Positions 35,386 through 43,677 of a stretch of DNA of 64,000 nt are shown in pieces. Under the pieces are notes generated by a model. That model ran no database searches. It was not told the origin of the DNA and worked only from the letters and a program-made list of their open reading frames with translations. Position numbers and translations under genes: made by a program. Numbering within the stretch: position 1 is the stretch's first letter; the number at the start of each line of letters is the position of its first letter. Origin of the DNA: an uncultured Bacilli bacterium (GTDB taxonomy: Bacteria > Bacillota_I > Bacilli_A > RFN20 > CAG-288); assembly GCA_963544395.1 (NCBI GenBank), contig CAUUFA010000006.1, positions 37,997 through 101,996 of the forward strand, written 5' to 3'.

Positions 35386-35873
35386 ATGAATGTCATCAAA
35401 AGAAAGACGGACACAGTCGAGCGAATTGAAACGGCATTATGTACTTTATTGCAATCCGAAACGTTATCAGAAATCAAAATGCGTGAAATATGCTCTTTAG
35501 CAACAATCCATCATCAAGCGTTTTACAACCATCTATTTGATCAGTTTGATCTCTACAAAGAAATGGAAAACAAAGCCATTCAAGAGGCCTTGACGATCCT
35601 GTCCTCGGGATTTTCAGACAACGCTTCGAACAATCAGAAAGAATACCTTGATCAGATTGCCGAAACAAAATACTTTTCCGGCTTTTTCAGCAAAAAGATA
35701 CTTCGCAGTTCAAAGACGGGTTGCTAAACTCTATTTATCCAATCTTGGAAAAAGAGATGAAAATCATGAGCCGAGAGAAATACCGCAGATACTTGACTCT
35801 CTATATCCTATGCGGTCCAATCTCTATTTTTGAAGCTTGGTTCAAACAAGAGCGCAAAGAACCTTCCGATTAG
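35386..35873 (+). pseudogene. TetR/DhaS-like regulator gene interrupted by a single frameshift in an A5 run
   Basis: The N-terminal HTH (SEIKMREICSLATIHHQAFYNHLFDQFDLY) is in frame 1. The C-terminal part (DTSQFKDGLLNSIYPILEKEM...LYILCGPISIFEAWFKQERKEPSD) is in the -1 frame. The junction is at caaaaag, 35691-35697. Confidence 0.6.
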
Positions 35874-35935
35874 ATTGCATTCCTGATTTATAAGATTGCA
35901 GGAAATATCGACATCTACCGCTGAGAAAACAACCT

Positions 35936-37342
35936 TCAGTGTGCTTTTCCTTCCGACAGCTTCTGAGCCATAAGGACACCCATGACAGAGGACATCATCA
36001 GTCCTCTTGTCCAGCCGGAAGAGTCGCCGAGGCAGTGCAAGCCGTGGATGTTGGTGTTGAGATCAGTGTCCATCTTGACCTTGTTGGAATAGAATTTCAG
36101 CTCCGGCGAATACAATAAAGTTTCCGAAGAAGCAAATCCAGGGACGACAAGATCCATCATCTTGATGAACTCGATGATATTGACCATGGTGCGGTAAGGA
36201 AGCGCAGCCGTGATGTCGCCGGCTTCTGCATCCGGTAGCGTGGGGACGACATTGGAGTGGGCGAGCTCGATCGGCCAAGTTCTCTTGCCATCCAGGATAT
36301 CCCCATACCGCTGGACGAGGATGTGACCGGCGCCGAGCATGTTAGTGAGCTCTCCGACTTTCTGCGCATAAGCGATCGGCTGATGGAAGGGTTCCGTGAA
36401 ATTATGGGAGCAGAGAATGGATAGGTTGGTATTCTCGCTCTTTTTCTCTTTGAAGGAATGTCCGTTGACGACAGCGAGGTCGTTGTCGTAGTTCTCCTGG
36501 GTGACGAAGCCTCCCGGGTTCTGGCAGAAGGTCCGGACTTTGTTTTTGAAGGGGTGCGGATAGCCGATGAGCTTGCCTTCGTAGAGCACCTTGTTGATCG
36601 TCTCCATGACTTCGTTTCTGACTTCGACTCGGACACCGATGTCGACCGGTCCTGGCTTGTGGGCGATGTGATGCTCGATGCAGAGCTTCTCCAGCCAGTC
36701 GGCTCCTCTTCTTCCGGTGGCGATGACGATCTGATCGCCGTAGACTTCCGCCTCACCGGATTTATCCTTGAGGATGACGCCCTTGCAGACATCTCCCTCG
36801 AGGATCAGGTTTTCGCACTCAGTTTCGAAACGGATCTCGACGCCATGCTCAAGCAGGTAATGCTCAATATCGGTATAAAGTTTCTCGGCCTTCTCGGTGC
36901 CCAGATGGCGGATGGGGCAGCGGACGAGATGAAGTCCCGCCTGAATCGCCTTCTTGCGGATTTCCTTCAGTTCGAAAGATTCGTCTGCTCCTTCGATGTG
37001 GGGATCGGCACCGAATTCCAGATAGATCTGATCGGTGTAATGAATCAAATCCTGAATAGTATTGCCTCCGATTAGCTCGGGCAGCTCTCCTCCCACCTGA
37101 TAATTGAGGGAGAGCTTCCCATCCGAGAATGCTCCGGCTCCGCTGAAACCGGAAGTGATGTGGCAGACAGGTTTGCAGTGGACACAATAGCCCAGCTTGT
37201 TTTTGGGGCAGACGCGCTGCTCCATCGACTTGCCTTTTTCGATCAGCAGGATCTTCGACTTCGATCCTCTGCGGATCAGCTCCAATGCTGTGAAGATGCC
37301 GCTAGGACCCGCACCGACGATAATCAGATCGTACTTGCTCAT
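35936..37342 (-). CDS. FAD-dependent oxidoreductase (COG2509-type)
   Basis: MSKYDLIIVGAGPSGIFTALEL is a GxGxxG dinucleotide fold. A GGAGGA RBS lies 7 nt upstream of the ATG at 37342. The TTG at 37357 is less likely. Confidence 0.8.
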   Translation of the reverse strand: MSKYDLIIVGAGPSGIFTALELIRRGSKSKILLIEKGKSMEQRVCPKNKLGYCVHCKPVCHITSGFSGAGAFSDGKLSLNYQVGGELPELIGGNTIQDLIHYTDQIYLEFGADPHIEGADESFELKEIRKKAIQAGLHLVRCPIRHLGTEKAEKLYTDIEHYLLEHGVEIRFETECENLILEGDVCKGVILKDKSGEAEVYGDQIVIATGRRGADWLEKLCIEHHIAHKPGPVDIGVRVEVRNEVMETINKVLYEGKLIGYPHPFKNKVRTFCQNPGGFVTQENYDNDLAVVNGHSFKEKKSENTNLSILCSHNFTEPFHQPIAYAQKVGELTNMLGAGHILVQRYGDILDGKRTWPIELAHSNVVPTLPDAEAGDITAALPYRTMVNIIEFIKMMDLVVPGFASSETLLYSPELKFYSNKVKMDTDLNTNIHGLHCLGDSSGWTRGLMMSSVMGVLMAQKLSEGKAH

Positions 37343-37559
37343 TCTCGTGTCCTCCAAACGTTTTCCATATTACACGGGAAAGAAGTGAATGCAAGGCGTG
37401 GGTGAAATAAAGACTCTTTATTTCGCTCTCCTAGTGACTTGCCTCGGAAAACGTGAGATAATTATCAAAATACCTAGGAAGCCGGAAAGAAAAAGCATAA
37501 TGTTTTCAACTTTTTTTGTGGTGTGTTATAATTCGTTCCGTTGAAAGAGAAGTAATACC

Positions 37560-37913
37560 ATGGAAACGCAAAAACAGGCCATTGAAGATAAAATCGATGA
37601 CGTTCTCGAGAGACTGCGTCCCTTTCTTCAGAGAGAAGGAGGAAACATCCGCCTCGATCATTACGAAGAGGAGACAGGCGTCTGCTATGTCGATATGACA
37701 GGAGCCTGCTCGGGCTGCTATATGGCAGAGAGCGACGTGTCGGACTCGATCGAAGTGCTTTTGATGGATGAAATTCCGGAGATCCGGAAAGTCATCCTTG
37801 TTCAGCCCACTCAGCCCTCGTTTGAGGACATGCTCGCTCAGATCAAAGCCGAAGAACAGGCAAACAAAGAACTGGAAGAGTACAATCGCACCCATCCGAA
37901 AGAAGAAAAGTAG
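37560..37913 (+). CDS. NifU/Nfu-type Fe-S cluster scaffold domain protein
   Basis: LRPFLQREGGNIRLDHY...MTGACSGCYMAE carries the CxxC motif of the NifU C-terminal domain. A Lys/Glu-rich tail follows. Confidence 0.85.
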   Translation: METQKQAIEDKIDDVLERLRPFLQREGGNIRLDHYEEETGVCYVDMTGACSGCYMAESDVSDSIEVLLMDEIPEIRKVILVQPTQPSFEDMLAQIKAEEQANKELEEYNRTHPKEEK

Positions 37914-37949
37914 AAATTATCGCAGGATCATCTCTCATCTGCTGAAGAG

Positions 37950-37975
37950 GCAGGAAAAGATCTCCTGCATTTTTT
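37950..37975 (+). terminator. Rho-independent terminator after the nifU-like gene
   Basis: gcagga/aaagatc/tcctgc forms a hairpin followed by attttttat. Confidence 0.55.
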
Positions 37976-38113
37976 ATAGAAAAAACATACTTTGTTCTGG
38001 ATTTGTGTTACATTATTAAAACGAAGCGGATTCTATCTCTGTCTATCAGGTTGTTTTTCATCAAAACGGACGGAAACGCTGAAACAGATTCTGCTTTGCA
38101 AGAGGGAGAACAT

Positions 38114-39067
38114 ATGCCGAATTCTTTAGCCCATTCTCTGGTGATCAAGCGCTTCTATCTGAAAGAGGGCGGAACCAATGGCGCACGGTTCTGCGACACC
38201 TTCCTCAGGCACAATTATGAATTCCTGAGCCTCGGATCATTCGGACCCGATCCGCTCTTTGTCATGGGCCTTCTTCCGTTTCACCTGCACCTCCTGACTG
38301 CGAAGAAGCGTCTAGGCAACCGGCTTCACAAATTCGATGGTAAGAAGTTTTTCAACGATATGATTGCGGAGACCTACCGCATGGATTACGAGACGGAGAA
38401 GAAAGCCTTCCAGGCCTTCATTTTCGGGCAGTTTGCCCATTACCTCCTCGATCGGGAAGCCCATCCTTTCATCCTGTATTACTCCGGCTTTGACGAAGAA
38501 GGGAAAATCACCGGAAAGTATCATTACCGCCACGCATATTTAGAGCAGCAGATTGATTTCCTGTTGGCCGAGAAATACGGCATTGAAGGATACGTGAAGG
38601 ATCCCGGTTCTCTCTATACCGATAGACGATCTGTCCTTCGGGTCATCGATGAACACTGGGTTCCTGCCTTGGAGGCTGTGTTTGGTGAACCGAAGCTTCC
38701 GAATGATCTTTATAGCAATGCCATCCATAACCAGATCCGTCTGCAGCGCTTCATGAACCGCAACGGGCACTTCAAAGCGATGCTCTTCGGGAAGAACAAT
38801 CTCGGCGCTCTCGCCCTGCCTTATTGGGATAGCCCCATCGAAGTTCTCAACGATGCCCACAACGAATGGCTCGATCCCGTCTCCGGGGAAAAACATTATG
38901 AGTCTTTCTACGATCTCCATTCCCGCACCATTCAGATTCTCAGCGAATGTTATTACGATGTCCTGAAATATGGATTCCACTATCACACCTTTGAGAAGTA
39001 TCTCAACGGCCTCGATTATTACGGTGAACCCGTCGGTGCTAAGTGGGTGTATCACAAAGAGAACTGA
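38114..39067 (+). CDS. Zinc-dependent phospholipase C-like family protein
   Basis: MPNSLAHSLV..., LGSFGPDPLF and FGQFAHYLLDREAHPF fit the His-rich pattern of this family. A GAGGGAG RBS lies upstream of the ATG at 38114. Confidence 0.55.
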   Translation: MPNSLAHSLVIKRFYLKEGGTNGARFCDTFLRHNYEFLSLGSFGPDPLFVMGLLPFHLHLLTAKKRLGNRLHKFDGKKFFNDMIAETYRMDYETEKKAFQAFIFGQFAHYLLDREAHPFILYYSGFDEEGKITGKYHYRHAYLEQQIDFLLAEKYGIEGYVKDPGSLYTDRRSVLRVIDEHWVPALEAVFGEPKLPNDLYSNAIHNQIRLQRFMNRNGHFKAMLFGKNNLGALALPYWDSPIEVLNDAHNEWLDPVSGEKHYESFYDLHSRTIQILSECYYDVLKYGFHYHTFEKYLNGLDYYGEPVGAKWVYHKEN

Positions 39068-39252
39068 CGCTCTTTTGATCTCTGTTGCGATACTGAAAAA
39101 ACCTTTTGCTACGATCTTTTTCCAACATCGACGGTTGTTTTTCTTTCCGGGGAAAATGAATTGAGTTTTTCTGTGTAAAAAGGATGCCGTCAAGGTTCAA
39201 TCATGGTAAAATACCAACGCTTCATCATCATTCTGCCAAGGAGATTTATCCG

Positions 39253-39519
39253 ATGAAAACAATTACATATTACCCCGAAGGGACTTGTTCAGTCAGGATG
39301 GATTTTTCCATCGATGAGAAGAGTGGCGTCATCGAGGATTTCCATGTCCTCGGCGGCTGCCCTGGCAACCTAGCGGGAATCCGCAGGCTGATCATCGGCC
39401 TCAGAGCCGAGGATGTCGCTAAAAAGCTAGAGGGCGTCACCTGCGGACAGAAGGACGCCTCCTGTCCCGATCAGCTTTCCAAAGCTTTGAAACAGTATCT
39501 GAAAGAAGGGAAAGAATAA
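39253..39519 (+). CDS. TSCPD-domain small 4-Cys protein (TIGR03905-like)
   Basis: EGTCSVRMDF...FHVLGGCPGNLAGI...VTCGQKDASCPDQL is present. The ATG at 39253 follows AAGGAG. Confidence 0.7.
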   Translation: MKTITYYPEGTCSVRMDFSIDEKSGVIEDFHVLGGCPGNLAGIRRLIIGLRAEDVAKKLEGVTCGQKDASCPDQLSKALKQYLKEGKE

Positions 39520-40706
39520 TGCCTGATATCAAAAAACTATTTACGTCGGAGTCGGTCTCTGAAGGTCATCCGGACAAAGTCTGCGACCGCATCTCAGATG
39601 CGATCTTAGATGCCTGCTTAGCTCAGGATCCTCTCTCCCGCACCGCAGTAGAGACGCTCGCTACCCGAGAACGCATCATCATCTCCGGCGAAGTCACGAC
39701 CAAGGCGGTTGTCGATTATGAGAAGATCGCCCGTGATGTCTGCCGCGAGATCGGCTACACCTCGAAGGAGATCGGCATCGGCTGCGACTCGATGAAAGTC
39801 GAGGTCTATATCCGTACCCAGTCTCCGGATATCGCTCAGGGTGTCGACAACTCCTCAGATGATCATTCCATCGGTGCCGGCGATCAGGGCATCATGTTCG
39901 GTTATGCGACTGATGAGACGGAAAACTATATGCCGCTTCCGATCGTCATGGCTCATAAGCTGGTCCGCAAAGCGACGGAGTTAAGAAAGAGCGGTGAGCT
40001 CTCCTTTGCCAGACCGGATATGAAAAGCCAAGTTACGGTGGATTACACCGGAGAGAAAGCTAAGCTCAACGCTGTCGTCTTCTCCTGTCAGCATAAGCCG
40101 GAAGCTACCCTTACTCAGATCAAGGAAGAGCTGCTTGCCAAGGTGATTTATCCTGTCATCCGCTCCTTCGGCATGAACACCGAGGGTGTCGAGTATTATA
40201 TCAATCCGACCGGTCGCTTTGAGATCGGCGGACCTTTAGGCGATACCGGACTCACGGGAAGAAAGATCATCGTCGATACCTACGGCGGAAGCGCCCCGCA
40301 CGGAGGCGGAGCTTTCTCCGGCAAGGATCCGACAAAGGTCGACCGTTCTGCTGCCTATGCGGCAAGACACGCCGCCAAGAACGTCGTCGCTGCCGGATTG
40401 GCCAAATCCTGCCTCATTCAGCTTTCCTATGCGATCGGTGTCTCAGAACCGGTCTCCATCTCTTTGGAAACCTACGGCACCGAGACAGTCTCAAAGGATC
40501 GTATCTTAGAAGCTTTGATTGACGGGAACATCTTTGATTTCACTCCTGCCGGCATCATTGAGAATTTCTCTTTGCGCCATCCCTCCTTCCGTTATCAGGA
40601 CCTTTCTGCCTACGGCCATTTCGGAAGACCGGACCTCGACCTTCCGTTTGAAAAGCTGGACAAAGTCGATGAGCTCCGTCGCTTCTGCCTGAAGGCGGAT
40701 CGCTAA
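39519..40706 (+). CDS. metK: S-adenosylmethionine synthase
   Basis: It has ESVSEGHPDK, GAGDQGIMFGYA and GGGAFSGKDPTKVDRS motifs. The ATG overlaps the upstream TAA by 1 nt. Confidence 0.97.
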   Translation: MPDIKKLFTSESVSEGHPDKVCDRISDAILDACLAQDPLSRTAVETLATRERIIISGEVTTKAVVDYEKIARDVCREIGYTSKEIGIGCDSMKVEVYIRTQSPDIAQGVDNSSDDHSIGAGDQGIMFGYATDETENYMPLPIVMAHKLVRKATELRKSGELSFARPDMKSQVTVDYTGEKAKLNAVVFSCQHKPEATLTQIKEELLAKVIYPVIRSFGMNTEGVEYYINPTGRFEIGGPLGDTGLTGRKIIVDTYGGSAPHGGGAFSGKDPTKVDRSAAYAARHAAKNVVAAGLAKSCLIQLSYAIGVSEPVSISLETYGTETVSKDRILEALIDGNIFDFTPAGIIENFSLRHPSFRYQDLSAYGHFGRPDLDLPFEKLDKVDELRRFCLKADR

Positions 40707-40724
40707 GAGCATACTTTCGTCAAC

Positions 40725-42233
40725 ATGAACCACAGCGATGAGCAAGAGCAAACTCCCTTTCTGGATGCTCTGATCGACTATGTGAAGTCGGATCCTGCTC
40801 CTTTTGATGTGCCTGGCCACAAGCTGGGAAATTTTGCTAACGACCTCTCCCGTAAGATCTCTCCGCTGATCTATGAATATGATTGCAATGCCCCGATCGG
40901 ATTAGACAACCTCTACAATCCTAACGGCGTCATCAAAGAGGCAGAAGCTCTCGCTGCCAAGGCGATGAAAGCCGACCACTGCCTCTTCTCCGTCAACGGC
41001 ACCACCGGCGGCATCCTCTCCATGTTCTTAGGTTGCCTGGATGCGAAAGATAAGATCATCCTTCCGAGGAACTCCCACAAGTCGGTCATCAACGGCCTGA
41101 TCATCTCCGGCGCTGTCCCGATCTTTGTCGATACCTTCATCGATGAGGGACTCGGCATCGCCTGCGGCATGAGAAGCGAGGATGTCATTCAGGCGATGGA
41201 TGAGAATCCGACCGTCAAAGCCGTATTTGTCATCAATCCGACCTATTTCGGAGTGGCTTCCGATTTGAAGACCATCTGTGAGGAAGCTCACCGCAGAGGC
41301 CTCTTTGTCATGGTCGATGAGGCTCATGGATCGGAGTTTTATTTTTCTGATCATCTGCCGTTGAGTGCAATGGAAGCGGGAGCGGATATCTCCGTGCTTT
41401 CGATGCACAAGAACTCTGGCTCTCTGACCCAGACTTCGATGATTCTCACGAAAGGCGACAGAGTAAACTTCACCGAGGTGAAGAAAGCCTATGCGCTGCT
41501 CTCTTCAACCTCTCCGAATCACCTCCTTTTAGCTTCCTTAGATGCGGCTAGAAAAGAGATGGCTCTGCACGGGAAAGAGCTGATCGAGAACAATCTTGCC
41601 TTAGCTGCTTATGCCAGGAAGAAGCTCAACCAGATCCGCGGCATTCATGTCTACGGAGAAGAGTATGTCAGCCAGCATCACAACAGCGGCGTCTTTGCCA
41701 TCGATCCGACCAAGCTTGTCATCAAGGTGACGGATCTAGGATTCTATGGATATGACGTCTACCGCCTGATCCGAAAAGAGAGCAATGTTCAGCTTGAGCT
41801 TGGCGAGGTGTCGGTGGTCTTAGCCTGCCTCGGTCCAGGAACGATAAAAGAGCATGTTGACAAATTGGTCCAAGCTTTTGAAAAGCTTTCGGACGAATAT
41901 TATGAGACGCAGCACACCAAGGGAATCCCAGTTTTCCATTATGCTTTCCCAAAAATGGTCGTTCCGCCTCGGGAAGGCTATGATGCTCCTCATAAGATCA
42001 TCGCTTTAGAGGATTCTGTCGGTGAGATCTCCGCGGAGACCGTCATGGCTTATCCACCTGGCATTCCGCTTGTCATCCCCGGTGAGATGATCTCTGCGGA
42101 GACCATCCGCATGATCCGTTTCTACATGGAGGAAGGCGGAGAGGTCCTGAAAGATACCGAACAGGGGAAAATCAAGATCATCGATCGAGACAACTGGTAT
42201 CTCAGTGATGATTTTCCGGGATTCACCCGCTGA
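40725..42233 (+). CDS. PLP-dependent Orn/Lys/Arg decarboxylase (Bacillus SpeA-type)
   Basis: SMHKNSGSLTQTS is a PLP-Lys motif. The protein is about 500 aa with an aminotransferase-fold pattern. Confidence 0.85.
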   Translation: MNHSDEQEQTPFLDALIDYVKSDPAPFDVPGHKLGNFANDLSRKISPLIYEYDCNAPIGLDNLYNPNGVIKEAEALAAKAMKADHCLFSVNGTTGGILSMFLGCLDAKDKIILPRNSHKSVINGLIISGAVPIFVDTFIDEGLGIACGMRSEDVIQAMDENPTVKAVFVINPTYFGVASDLKTICEEAHRRGLFVMVDEAHGSEFYFSDHLPLSAMEAGADISVLSMHKNSGSLTQTSMILTKGDRVNFTEVKKAYALLSSTSPNHLLLASLDAARKEMALHGKELIENNLALAAYARKKLNQIRGIHVYGEEYVSQHHNSGVFAIDPTKLVIKVTDLGFYGYDVYRLIRKESNVQLELGEVSVVLACLGPGTIKEHVDKLVQAFEKLSDEYYETQHTKGIPVFHYAFPKMVVPPREGYDAPHKIIALEDSVGEISAETVMAYPPGIPLVIPGEMISAETIRMIRFYMEEGGEVLKDTEQGKIKIIDRDNWYLSDDFPGFTR

Positions 42234-42362
42234 TTTTGAAACACTTTGATTAGAACATCCTTCTTGAATTCATTTCAGTAAGAAACATCTGACTATAAAG
42301 TCGTAAATATTTGTCAAATCCGAAGTTCTGATTTACAATGAAGTCACAGAAGGAGTGATTTC

Positions 42363-42854
42363 ATGGATATCAGGATCTTAGAGAAGCATTGCGATACGCT
42401 GGCTGAGCGCCTTCAGTACCCGAGCCAAAAGCGACATCATCTTTCATTTGCTTTGAAGCTTTCGTGTGTCAAAGGGCATATCTTTTTCCATTCGGGGCTC
42501 GAAGCGGTCGGAAGGGCGATGACAAACGCAGTTCATACGCATTATCTTTTCACTCGTGGCTATCATACGGAAAAAGAGATTTCAGCCGCATTGCAGCGCT
42601 TCGAAAAAAAACACACGATCGTCAAACTTGCTAAGTTTTGTAAGCTTCAGGATTTCATCTACAACAACGATACGTTTTATCAGGATGCCGAGGATAAAAG
42701 CGTCTTTCCTGCGGATCAGGAAGAAGCGCTCGTCTACCGCATCGTCGGGGCGATGTACTATGATGCCGGCTATGAGGCGATGAAAGACTGGATCATCAAC
42801 CACCTCGGTATAAGAGTCATGAAGAAGGAAGGTTCGATCGAGAGCACAAAGTGA
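42363..42854 (+). CDS. RNase III-domain-only protein with a non-canonical active-site motif
   Basis: [20 protein letters not shown] aligns with [28 protein letters not shown]...[17 protein letters not shown] aligns with ADAFEALIGAIYLDGG. There is no dsRBD. The motif Asp is Arg (42513-42515). Confidence 0.5.
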   Translation: [163 protein letters not shown]

Positions 42855-42980
42855 GAATAAGAAGATAGGCATTCACAGAATAAAGCTGATATTTTGGAAG
42901 CCCTTTCATAATACCTAGTAATAAAATTAATAGTCAAAACATCCGTATATATAATACATATTATTTTGTTTTTGTCATAC

Positions 42981-42998
42981 TTCAATTTCAAAATTGAA
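42981..42998. promoter_or_regulatory. AT-rich palindrome TTCAATTT-CA-AAATTGAA just upstream of the hpf -35
   Basis: It has 8-bp perfect arms and ends 6 nt before the -35 hexamer. Confidence 0.4.
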
Positions 42999-43004
42999 AG
43001 CCCT

Positions 43005-43032
43005 TTGATTCTTCTTTCTGACGCGGTATAAT
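43005..43032 (+). promoter_or_regulatory. Sigma-70-type promoter of hpf
   Basis: TTGATT (43005-43010), a 16-nt spacer and TATAAT (43027-43032) lie 34 nt upstream of the ATG. Confidence 0.6.
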
Positions 43033-43065
43033 TATCGTAGGAATAAAAGAAAGGAACCGACACTT

Positions 43066-43608
43066 ATGAAATTCCATTATGTGTGCAAAGATGTCATCCT
43101 GACCCCCGCCATGAAGGAAGCAGCTGAAGAGAAGCTAGGTAGACTTGAACATTATTTCCGCTCTGCCGCTGAGGTGGATGTCATGGTCACGATCTCCGTG
43201 AGATCGGACCGTGATCAGGCAGTAGAAGCAGCCTTCGTCGCCAATGGCTTCAACCTCCGTGCCAAGGCGAGCTCCGAAGATTACTATGACGCCTTGGATC
43301 TGCTTGTCGACAAGCTGGAAGGTCAGCTCCGCAAGGTCAAGACTCAGATACTGAAGACGAAGAAACACAACTCCCTCGCCAGCGATATTCTCTTAGAACA
43401 GATTCAATCCGATGCCAACGAAGCCGATTTGGAGATTGTGAAGAGGAAGACTTTATCTCTCGCCCCGATGGATGTCGATGAGGCTCTCACCAGAATGGAT
43501 GCCTTAGGCCACAGCTTCTTCATCTTCCTGAATTCCTCTACCGGTCTCGTCAACGTCCTCTATGAGCGGGAAGATCACGGCTATGGCGTGATCGAGATTG
43601 AGAAGTAA
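43066..43608 (+). CDS. hpf: Ribosome hibernation-promoting factor, long form
   Basis: A 180-aa S30AE/RaiA N-domain is joined to a C-terminal dimerisation domain (FFIFLNSSTGLVNVLYEREDHGYGVIE). Confidence 0.92.
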   Translation: MKFHYVCKDVILTPAMKEAAEEKLGRLEHYFRSAAEVDVMVTISVRSDRDQAVEAAFVANGFNLRAKASSEDYYDALDLLVDKLEGQLRKVKTQILKTKKHNSLASDILLEQIQSDANEADLEIVKRKTLSLAPMDVDEALTRMDALGHSFFIFLNSSTGLVNVLYEREDHGYGVIEIEK

Positions 43609-43621
43609 TCGTATCCTCTCC

Positions 43622-43650
43622 GAGGAGGGCTGAGCCCTCCTCTTTTTCTT
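43622..43650 (+). terminator. Rho-independent terminator after hpf
   Basis: gaggagggc/tga/gccctcctc is followed by tttttctt. Confidence 0.75.
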
Positions 43651-43677
43651 TCTTCCGGTTTAGGCTAGAATATCCGC

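Larger units (their letters stand above)
27264..35930. mobile_element. Putative integrase-less genomic island adjacent to tRNA-Leu
   Basis: G+C drops abruptly in counted 60-nt samples: 37/60 at 26401-26460, 18/60 at 28261-28320 and 36/60 at 36001-36060. All gene content is hypothetical or conflict-like. The island sits next to a tRNA 3' end. No recombinase ORF was seen. Confidence 0.55.

Noticed and set aside
39068-39252. SAM riboswitch (SAM-I or SMK box) in the leader of the TSCPD-metK operon
   Set aside because: I could not find the conserved SAM-I core or an SMK-type pairing with the SD sequence. Only vague GGATGCC/CAAGG similarity is present. It needs a covariance-model scan before any claim.
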